DNA of 63,452 bases, the filler included, from Octopus bimaculoides (taxonomy: Eukaryota), in assembly GCF_001194135.2 (NCBI RefSeq). It is 5 parts of 5 records of this genome, joined end to end, with 100 filler letters (N's around TTAATTAATTAA, not from the genome) between each part and the next. Parts side by side here need not be neighbours in the genome. Positions count along the whole stretch, not along the records: positions 1 to 8,357 come from NC_068991.1; positions 8,458 to 35,505 come from NC_068988.1; 3 more parts are not named here. One strand, given 5' to 3'. The notes beneath the pieces are model-generated. The model was not told where the DNA came from. It made no database searches and saw only the letters and a list, made by a program, of their open reading frames with translations. The position numbers and the translations under genes were made by a program. This document shows, one piece after another, positions 1 to 9,290 of this stretch. How positions within the stretch are numbered: position 1 is the first letter of the stretch; each line of letters starts with the position of its first letter.

Positions 1-1
1 C

Positions 2-211
2 GCGGGAGAGTGAGGTGGCACCGATACAGTCGTCGATATACCGACCGTATAGTTCGGGAGTGGGACCAGTGAAACTGGAGAATATTTGGGCCTCAACATA
101 ACCAACGAAGAGGTTCGCGTAGTTGGGGCCCATTCTCGTCCCCATGGCCACTCCCGAGATTTGCTGGTAGATATCTCCCGCGAACGAGAAGCAGTTGAGA
201 GATAGGACAAG
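2..211 (-). mobile_element. Penelope-like element reverse transcriptase fragment (5'-truncated, continues off the left edge)
   Basis: Manual minus-strand translation is stop-free: LVLSLNCFSFAGDIYQQISGVAMGTRMGPNYANLFVGYVEAQIFSSFTGPTPELYGRYIDDCIGATSLSR. It contains the PLE-type NxFxFxGxxYxQxxGxAMG...YANLF and RYIDD motifs. It has no ATG, so it is absent from the ORF track, and it stops at a (TA)n tract at ~213. Confidence 0.9.
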
Positions 212-227
212 TTATATATATATATAC

Positions 228-440
228 TTATGTATGTGTCTTTGTGTTTGTCCCCTACAATCGCTCGACAACCAATGTTGGTGTGCTTAAGTCCCTGTAA
301 CTTAGTGGTTTGGCAAAAATGTTCAATAAAGTAGAAGGCTAACAAAGAATAAGTCCTGGGGTTGATTTCTTTGACCAAAACCCTTTCTGGTGGTGCTCCA
401 GCATGGCTGCAGTCATATAACTGAAACAAGTAAAAGAATA
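228..440 (+). mobile_element. SINE family B, 3' half
   Basis: Body gtgtttgtcccc...cttagtggtttggcaaaa...aataagtcctggggttgatt...gctccagcatggctgcagtc...actgaaacaagtaaaaga matches copies at 37600, 49160, 53950 and 59900. Confidence 0.8.
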
Positions 441-516
441 TGTGTGTATATATATATATATGTATATAAATATACACACATATGTACATATATACATATA
501 TATATATATATATGAT

Positions 517-1050
517 AGGCCCTGCTTGAGAAGACCTGTCAAACCAAGGGAGATCGTAGTCATGGCCGATGCCAGTGTCGTTTGAATGGCCCATTAAAAG
601 CACCATTCAATTGCTGGGTGATACGCTCTGCTTGAGAAGACTTGTCGAACCGAGTGAAATCATAGTAGTAGCTGATGCCAGTGCTGGCTGACTGATACCC
701 GTGCCAGAGGCATATAAAAAGCACCTCTTGTGCGTTGGGCCTCATGGAGGCAGTAACATCAAGCCGAGTGAGATCGCAGTTGTGGCTGATGCCAGTTTCG
801 CGTAACTTGCCCATTAAAAGCACCCTTCAATTGTTGGGTACACTGTACTTGTGAAGACCTGTCAAACTGAGGCAGTGACAAGTGATCAAGATCCTTGGCA
901 ATATATCATACTTGTGTTGACCTGTCAAGCCGAGTGAGACCGTAGTCATGACCGGTGCTGGTATCAGGTCAATGGCACCCATGCTGGTGGCATGCAAAAA
1001 GCACCCACTACAATCTCAGAGTGGTTGGTGTTAGGAAGGACATCCAACCG
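517..1050 (+). mobile_element. Retroposon with degenerate ~100-bp internal subrepeats, left part (split by the hAT insertion)
   Basis: The unit cttgagaagacctgtc...gagatcgtagtc...gatgccagtg...taaaagcacc recurs about 5 times. The sequence resumes at 4078 (tagaaaccttgccaaa...ccatgccagcatggaaagcggatgttaaa, then gatgatgat). An uninterrupted junction is seen at 61205-61250. Confidence 0.65.
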
Positions 1051-4000
1051 TAGGGTCGGTCCTAGGATAACTGATGTCCTAGGTGAATCAAATTTTAAAC
1101 CCCACTCCACAGGGTTGGGCGATGGCAAGTGGAACAAGCCCAACAAGCTGAGGATTTCATCAAGAAAGTTTTTAGAAATATGAATAAACATAGGAGCAAT
1201 TTGAAATCACTTGTAAAGGAAAATTTAAAAATTTATTTCTTTTAATGAAAAAATATATAATAATAATAAACATGATGTATTGAAAATTCAATATTTTACT
1301 AATTGGATGCAAGCAAATATGGTAAACAAACAGTAGTTCACCAAGCCCTTGTTTGTATTCTTCTCCTCTGATTTGATTTGATTCAAAGGTGTTGTTTTTT
1401 TATTATTGGTTGCTGAAATATTTAAATACTGTTGTTTTTTACTCTTTGTACTTAAAAGTTAATTTTGCAAGCTTTCTGTCTTGCAAAATCTTTTACAAGC
1501 TCTTGGAGTGGAAGTTTTCTATAAATTTCACGTTCTATAGAAATCGTAGCAAGTCTGGTGAGCCTCTCTTATGCCATTGAAGTTGTTAGATATGTCTTTA
1601 TTAATTTAAGTTTTGAAAAGCTATGTTCTCCGCTTGTAACACTTACTTAGCAGGATTCTGAGAGTGATGTACAAATTTGGAAAGCTTTCTCTTTGTTTCT
1701 GCTCGCAAAGCATCTCAAGCACTTTCAGAAGACCATAGGATTTTCCAAGGCTTCTTGATATGACAGTTAGTTCATTAGACAAAGCTTTTGCATCAATATC
1801 CTTTGACTCTCCAATCAGTAGAGCAGACTCAAGTTTTATGCAAAATTTCATTACTTGATGAGAAGTTTTATACTGCAAAGATTTTATATACAAAAAGCCG
1901 AAGATGGAATTTACTTGTTTCAGTTGTTCAAAGCATTCTGAAACTGAGTCAATTTATGTATCCAGTATTGCAAAATAAAAATTTATTTTGTAGCTTTGTT
2001 TACTATCCTGGATAGGTTCATTTTTTCCTTCATATGAGAATTGTTTCTTTCTTCTAATGCGCGCTGGCTTTGCTTCAAATTCTGCACACATACCAAATTC
2101 ATCAGCTACTTCACAAGCATCAAGTACTTCTTCAAATTATTTATCACACCTGCAATCAATAAAATACTTTTTGGTTTGTTCAAGCTCGTTAAGTGCAGAG
2201 TCTATGGCTAAATCTTTTGACTGCAGTTTTTTGCTAGTAATGTTAATTTCAACAAGAATATTATACCGAAGAAATCTTGTTGGCAAAAGGTTGAGAATCT
2301 ACACATGAAGAAGTGCCACTTGAACCTGTAAGGTTAGCATCATCAGCAATTTCAATTAATGCATCATAAACTTTGCCAAGCTCATAACGAAGGGGCTTAA
2401 GGGCATCAATTCTACTTTCCTATCTTGTTTCACTTAATGGTTTCACATTTAATGATGTCACATGAGATTTCAGAGTTTCTCATCGACATGTTGAGGAAGA
2501 ATAGATATAAATACGCTGTACCAGGTCAAAAAACTTTGTTGCATCTAAACAACACCTGGCAGCATCATTGACCACTAAATTCAAACTATGAGTACTGCAT
2601 GGAACAGGATATGCCCATGTATTAATATTCAGTAATTTTCTCTGCACTCCATTATCTTTACCTTTCATGTTGCTTCCATTATCATATCCTTGGCCATGCA
2701 AATTTTCAACTGATAAAGACACTCCATGAAGTTTCTCTAGAATGGTATCAGTGAGGAAAGCACCAGTAGCTTCCTTTAGTGGAATAAATCCCAAAAATGA
2801 AAATGGAGAGTGATTTGGGATGTGCTAGAAACAACAACCAAATCTTCCTTGAATTGTACTCCTTTTCCTCTAAAACTATTTACAATTATTTTTTTTTTAT
2901 TATTTACTGAAAAGGCTCCTCCCAAGGTTGTTACTTCTTTCAGTAAGTTATCGTAGCTGTTTGTAAATAGTGAATTAAAACTTGAAATGAAAACATTCAA
3001 AGAGAAAGTGAGAGAATTTGCAAATGAAAATGAACAATTCTCCATTGCTACGCCCATACAGAAAATTGATACTGAAAAACCTTTTGAAAGAAGTGAATCA
3101 TACATATAAAGCAACATTATTAATTTTAAAAGAAAAAAATTAACTGAATACCCTATTATTTTTCCGGAATGAAATCATTTACACATGCCAACTATCGAGG
3201 CAATTTGCACAGCCATTTTGGCATGAAAAGTGAATATACACACACACAACTCTATTTTATTATATAGATTACAAAAATAGTTTCAGTCAAGTTCAATACA
3301 ATTGAGTACATTACTCAAATTTGACGGGTCTTACTCAGAATTTGAATGATTCCTTGAAGCAAAAATTATATAAGAATTCAATATAAATATTTATCAAATA
3401 ATTATCAATCATATGATTAATACTAAGTGAAAAAGGAGCTAAAAATCCTGATGGAATATGCCCATGGAAAAAACTTCTTAAAAACCTCTTTGGATCCTCC
3501 TGTGATTTAATTTGCAAGAAAAAATTCTCCCCAAAAAACCACTGTGTACACACACCAAAACCATGATATAAAAATTTTGCCAATGCCTAACCGATGCTGA
3601 TTTCTGAGACATTGGAACATTATTAATATATATATATCATATATGGGTAGAGTCAATTAGCCAGCAAACCAACTTGCCATTATACAATTTATTACAACTG
3701 TTAAGTATATTACACATTATTTTGAATATTTTAACAATGATTTTAAAAATATACACATATTATGTTGAATTTTAAAATTCAATTGTTTTCTTTGGGGGCT
3801 CAAGTTAAACTGGGCAGTAATTTTCAAACGACTGTGCTGCGCTGTGGGTTGAAGCCTTAGAGGGAACTTTGGATTTCAGAGGTTTAAGTGTAATTGAAAT
3901 CTTTATCAAACTTCACTTACTAATTGCTGATGATTTGGTAAGTGAATTTTTTATTATAATAACAAAATTATCACTTTATAATCATAAATTCCTTAAACAC

Positions 4001-4077
4001 CCTCCTAAATCAACGCCTCCCAAGACATCCCCAGATTTTGTCGCCCCCTAGTTCACCTAGTGGTAGATCTGGCCCTG
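1051..4077 (-). mobile_element. hAT-superfamily DNA transposon with both ends and a decayed ZMYM1-like transposase
   Basis: Degenerate TIRs tagggtcggtcctag (1051) and reverse-complement cagggccagatctac (4077). Degenerate 8-bp TSD tccaaccg (1043-1050) / tccagtca (4078-4085). The flanks rejoin into one repeat. Confidence 0.8.
1453..2830 (-). pseudogene. hAT transposase pseudogene (catalytic region plus C-terminal dimerisation domain)
   Basis: Motifs GQGYDNGSNMKGK..GVQ, PCSTHSLNLVVNDAA, VKPLSETR*ESRIDALKPLRYEL, FPNLYITLRILL and HSFSKLKLIKTYL...ERLTRLATISIE, with stops and frameshifts. Confidence 0.9.
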
Positions 4078-4205
4078 TCCAGTCATAGAAACCTTGCCAA
4101 ATCAAACTGGAACCTGGTGCAGCCCCCACCAGCTTAGTAGTTCTCAGCCAAACCCTCCAACCCATGCCAGCATGGAAAGCGGATGTTAAACAATAGTGAT
4201 GATGA
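4078..4205 (+). mobile_element. Right part and 3' tail of the retroposon split by the hAT element
   Basis: Continues the 517-1050 sequence and ends in ccatgccagcatggaaagcggatgttaaa plus (GAT)n, an RTE-like tail (inference). Confidence 0.6.
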
Positions 4206-4254
4206 TATACACACACACAGACACACACACATATATATTACAATAAAAAATGCT

Positions 4255-5335
4255 GGCACATGCTTGTTAATATTCTTAAGTTATTACACCTGGAAAAGTA
4301 CAGAACAAAATTTCTAGTTAAATTTGCTTAATTCGTCACCTCTAAAGAAAACTAAAAAGTACTTCAAATTAAAATTCTACTGTACTTTTTTGGAGCTGAG
4401 AATAACGTTTTTAAAATTTACTATATCTTATTAAAACAAAAATTATAAAAACATTACTGGGTTTTCCAAAAATAAGCCCATCCAATTTTAAGCCTATGGG
4501 CTTATATTCAAAAACCTTTTCCATGTATAGCTCCAGTAATTTTTACTATTTTCAGATAAAAATTATTTAAGTCTGTATTGNNNNNNNNNNNNNNNNNNNN
4601 NNNNNNNNNNNNNNNNNNNNNNNNNNNNNNNNNNNNNNNNNNNNNNNNNNNNNNNNNNNNNNNNNNNNNNNNNNNNNNNNNNNNNNNNNNNNNNNNNNNN
4701 NNNNNNNNNNNNNNNNNNNNNNNNNNNNNNNNNNNNNNNNNNNNNNNNNNNNNNNNNNNAGGTGAAGTAACGAATTAACCAAAGATGAATTAGGCTAATT
4801 CTTCTGTATTAATGCTAACTAATAAATTTTACTTAATGATTTATTTGTCAGATTAAATTCTTTTTTTTTTAATGTGGAAGAATTGACTGAACATATGGTT
4901 GATTTGAAACCATTTAATGACCATTCTACTGCAATCAATGTTGTTTTTTTTGTTTTTTATAATGGGATTTCAATTCAAGTGAAAAGATATCTTGTGTAAT
5001 ATTATTTACAACTTTATATTTTATTGTTTGTACTTGATACAACTAAATAAAATGAGTATTTTAATTGTATATTTCAAAAGACATGATTTTAAAAAATTAT
5101 TTCGTTTAAATTTATTTTTGATTAGTTTTGTACTATGTTTTTAAAGATTTACTAGTTTTTTAGATTCTTTTACCTAATATTTTAATTTTAACTTTAATTT
5201 TAAAAATGTTATCCTTGGCTGCAATATTTTAAGTACAGTAGAATTTGCAATGACAAATTAGGCAAACTCTACTGTAGAAATCTTGTTCTGTACTTTTCCA
5301 GGTGTAATAACTTAAGAATATTAACATGCATGCGC
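4255..5335. mobile_element. Foldback/MITE-like element with ~60-bp inverted ends
   Basis: ttaatattcttaagttattacacctggaaaagtacagaacaa (~4267-4308) is the reverse complement of ttgttctgtacttttccaggtgtaataacttaagaatattaa (~5283-5324). A second inverted pair is aaattctactgtactt (~4372) / aagtacagtagaattt (~5230). Confidence 0.65.
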
Positions 5336-5733
5336 CTACATTTTTCACTGTAATCCACATTTTTTCCAGGCAATGCAATAAAACTAATAAATATTCTTTT
5401 GTTAAAAATTATTTGAATTAAATGAAACCTGCCTGTATATTTCCTTTAAAATTAATAATGAGAAACGTACTTATAATTGTAAAAAATATTAGATCCTTTA
5501 TCTTCACTGTATATAAAATTTTAATATTGCAACAAAGTACATAATATGAACTTGCCAAAAATGAAAGTGTAAAAATTCATTATGAGAAATAGTTTTCTAT
5601 ATAATAGTGAATATTAATGTAATACTAATTTTATAATAAAATCAAGAAATAAATGAGCTATATATATATAGTAAGAAGAGCTAGCAAGAAGAGGTATGAG
5701 AATGTATCAACTATATAGTAAGAGGGACCTTTA

Positions 5734-6587
5734 CCCTTTGAACGGCAGATTGAAAAATTAATTTTTTGTAACTAAACACTTTCAAACTTCAGACACTGGT
5801 GGAACTGTGGATACTGGTAGAATGTGTCATATAAAACATCTTTTACTCTTAGTGTTGTTGAGAAAAGTTTATATTTCCAAAGTTATTTTGTGTTGATGTT
5901 GTCGTGTTTCAGTAATTTCAACCAATCAATGACATGTATTCAGCTGAATAAAATTACTGCCGTTGTTTGTCAACAACAACTTCCAGCGATGTATATTTCG
6001 TTTGTCACTGTTATTTATGACATATTTCATCTCAACGAGTGTATCTGAAGCATGTTTACTTTATGGCACCACCACAATCATTCATGCATTTCTACTGCTT
6101 TTAGTTTGTTTTTTTTTCCCTGTTTTTCAGCTACTATTTTCGGAAACACTTTTTTTATGCCCCTCCCCCTCCAATTTCTTCATTTTCCAATTTTTCCCTA
6201 ACTCTAGCCCTAAAATCCCAACACTAACCCAAACCCTAACACCTTAACCCTAACCCTAACTCTAAAACCTTAACCCTAAAACCCTAAAGCTAAAACCGGT
6301 ACAAACGCACGAACGATGTTATAAATAACAGTGACAAACGAAATATAGACCGCTGATAGTTGTTGTTGACAAACAATGGCAGTAATTTTATTCAGCTGAA
6401 TACACATCATTGATTGGTTGAAATTACCGAAATACAACTACTTTAACATGAAATAACTTTGAAAATATAAACTTTTCTCAACAAAACTAAGAGTAAAAGA
6501 TGCTTTATACGACACATTCTACCAGTGTCCGAAGTTTGAAAGTGTTTAGTTAAAAAAAATTAATTTCTCGATCTGCCGTTCAAAGGG
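5734..6587. mobile_element. Foldback MITE with ~300-bp inverted arms and a (TAACCC)-like core; CCC...GGG ends are piggyBac-like
   Basis: 5734-~6045 is the reverse complement of ~6300-6587 (ccctttgaacggcagat / atctgccgttcaaaggg; cagctgaataaaattactgcc / ggcagtaattttattcagctg). The TSD is not clean (ttta left, aaaa right). Confidence 0.8.
6196..6297 (+). repeat. Degenerate interstitial telomere-like (CCCTAA)n tract
   Basis: ccctaactctagccctaaaatcccaacactaacccaaaccctaacaccttaaccctaaccctaactctaaaaccttaaccctaaaaccctaaagctaaaacc. Confidence 0.8.
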
Positions 6588-7064
6588 AAAAAATCCAGTA
6601 TCATATGAATAGTAAAGCCATGGCTAATACAAAATTTTTAAAAATGCAAAAATAGCCAATGCATCTACCATAAGGCAGGAGGAGCCACCTGCCCTTGTTA
6701 GGGCAAAGTTAGTTTGCTAGTGGAAATTCATGCAAAATAAAAATAAAGCCTGCAATTCAGCTACTGTTCTTGTCAACTTGCCTGAAAATAAAAAAATCTG
6801 AATCCTGCTACTCTGAGAAATCAGTTATACTATCTGAAAACAAAAACCTTGTCAATTCACTCTGAGAAATAATAATCTAAATTTTGCTACTCTTAATATT
6901 CAATTAAAGTTTAAAAGCAAACAAAAAATTTATTGAAACTTCAGAAGTTGCTTTCATTTTGTGATAGACAACTGTCATGCAGAAAATGCCAGCTTCTAAA
7001 TCCTGTTTTCTGATTAGGTAAAAATGATAAAATTTCAAACCTCAGTAACATTTTTCTGCAATAA

Positions 7065-7313
7065 GTAAGTATGTATGTATGTATGTATGTATGTTTGTAT
7101 GTATGTATGTATGTATGTATGTATGTATGTATGTATGTATGTTTGTATGTATGTATGTATGTATGTATGTATGGGTCTGTGTGTGAGTGTTTATTTATGA
7201 TGGACAGCAGAAAAAGAGTCCACTTGTCATCAATTGTCAACTTACCCCCTCTCCTCTTAAAGCTATGTATTTGTCACACTCACCTTTGTTTCCCTTCCTG
7301 GGCACCTTAAAAG

Positions 7314-7364
<51 letters not shown>

Positions 7365-7380
7365 TGTGTGTGTGTATGTG
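7065..7380. repeat. (ATGT)n and (GT)n microsatellites
   Basis: Direct reading: ~7065-7170 (ATGT)n and ~7316-7380 (GT)n. Confidence 0.95.
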
Positions 7381-7769
7381 AGCATTGTTTGTGTGTATTT
7401 ACGAAAGTATGCATGCAGTGTCATGTGTACATCCCTGAAGTTGATTTCAGGCGTTATTCTCCCCTTTTTGACCTCACATATTTGAAATCTCAACTTTTTT
7501 CCTACTGAATCAAATTTCAAATTTTGTAGCTCAAAATGTAGCTTAGGAGGTGAACAATCTAAAAATGTATAAACATCAAATTTGATAAAAAAAACTGAAT
7601 TAGAGACAAAGCCTAGAAGTGGTTGCGAGCGAGTAAGGGTTGACCATAAGAATATTATTCATACACTGCCATGTGTGAATAATATTTATTACAATATAAT
7701 GTATTCTATGAATATGAGGCAGATCTTTGCAAGATACCTAAATACTGAATTGAATCAAATATTTTGCAA

Positions 7770-7975
7770 TATTGGTTTCCAATTTTGGCAGGCCATCAAA
7801 TCCAGATGGGAGGGAAGTTGATTACATCAACCTCAGTGCTCAGCTGATATTAACTTGAGTACCAAAAAGATAAAAGGCAAAGACAACCTTGGCAGAATTT
7901 GAATTCAGAATGTAGAGACAGCTGAAACGCTGTGAAGCTTTCACCCTGCTTCTTAACGACTCTGCCAGCTTGTAA
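7770..7975 (-). mobile_element. SINE family A, degenerate copy
   Basis: aaaggcaaagacaaccttggcagaatttgaattcagaatgtag...aacgactctgccagct is the reverse complement of the family head seen at 38742. Confidence 0.6.
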
Positions 7976-8029
7976 TAAGTAATAATATTACTTGAAAATT
8001 GTTTTACATACTTTTGGCACATTTAGCTT

Positions 8030-8243
8030 ATATTCTTTTACTTGTTTCAATCATTTGACTGTGGTCATGCTGGAGCAGCGCCTTTAGTCAAACAAATCGA
8101 TCCCAGGACTTATTCTTTGTAAGCCTAGTACTTATTCTATCAGTCTCTTTTGCCGAACTGGTTATGAGGATGTAAACTCACCAACATCGGTTGTCAAGCA
8201 GTGGGGAGACAAACACAGACACACAAATACATACATACACAAC

Positions 8244-8295
<52 letters not shown>

Positions 8296-8357
8296 CGGGC
8301 TTTTTTTTCAGTTTTTGTCTACCAAATCCACTCACAAGGCTTTGGCTGACATGAGGC
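8030..8357 (-). mobile_element. SINE family B copy
   Basis: Reverse complement of the 49005-49320 element, with an internal (TA)n tract; ends at a gap. Confidence 0.8.
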
Positions 8358-8457
8358 NNNNNNNNNNNNNNNNNNNNNNNNNNNNNNNNNNNNNNNNNNN
8401 NTTAATTAATTAANNNNNNNNNNNNNNNNNNNNNNNNNNNNNNNNNNNNNNNNNNNN
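8358..8457. other. Artificial scaffold-joining linker N44-TTAATTAATTAA-N44
   Basis: Exactly 100 bp. The palindromic core has stops in all six frames. The same block occurs four times in the window. Confidence 0.9.
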
Positions 8458-8842
8458 TTAAGATGCATGTGTAGTTCTATGGGTATCAAAACGTATATAT
8501 CATTGTGTACACGTTCGAGTGTATGCGTAATTATTCAATATATGTACTTACTATTTTGTTCCATTTCTTTTTTATGTAGTTTGTAAACTTTCCGGTGTTG
8601 GTTTTGCGTGTGTGATCGCACGTGTTTCATTGAGACATCGTGCATAGGAGGACCTGTGCTTTGTATTGCAGTGAAATTTCATTTTTTAAGAATAAAAAAT
8701 ATTAAAAAAAAAAATTATCTTCGGTAAAAGACCGCTTCCTTCAAATCTTCCACCGGTGCTGTTGCCTAATTCCATCGATGTTATTGGATTAGATATGTTT
8801 TTGTATAGGGAGCCCGGTGTAGCAAATCCATGTTGTTATTCA

Positions 8843-8890
<48 letters not shown>

Positions 8891-9075
8891 TAAGACATCA
8901 CACAGTATCCAATATCGAGATGTTGTTAATTGAAGATATTTTGTCTACCGGGGTTTTGTACTGTCGAGTCACAACAAGGACCTCAAACAAGCAGTACTTC
9001 ACGCAATATGCGTGAATTTTCAGGTAATACCAAACTTCGAAATACAGCTGGATTGTAGTGTATATCTAAAGTTTC

Positions 9076-9290
9076 AGGCAGCAAGTTGGCAGAATTTTTA
9101 GTTCGCCGGGCAAAAATAATTAGTGGTATTTCGTCGGTCTTCACGTAGTGAGATCAAATACCGCTAATGTCGACTTTGCCTTTCATCCTTTCGAGGTCGA
9201 TTAAATAAGAACCAGCTACGCACTGGGGTCGATGTAATCTACTTAATCCTTTCCCATAAATCTGAGGCCTTGTGCTTACAGTACAAAGGA
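9076..9290 (+). mobile_element. SINE family A copy
   Basis: gtcgactttgcctttcatcctttcgaggtcgattaaataagaaccagctacgcactggggtcgatgtaatc is nearly identical to 38835-38910. Confidence 0.8.

Noticed and set aside
8560-9024. CpG-richer stretch with a cag|gtaata donor as a possible plus-strand first exon or promoter
   Set aside because: All three frames have stops and there is no further support; this cannot be distinguished from background without transcript data.
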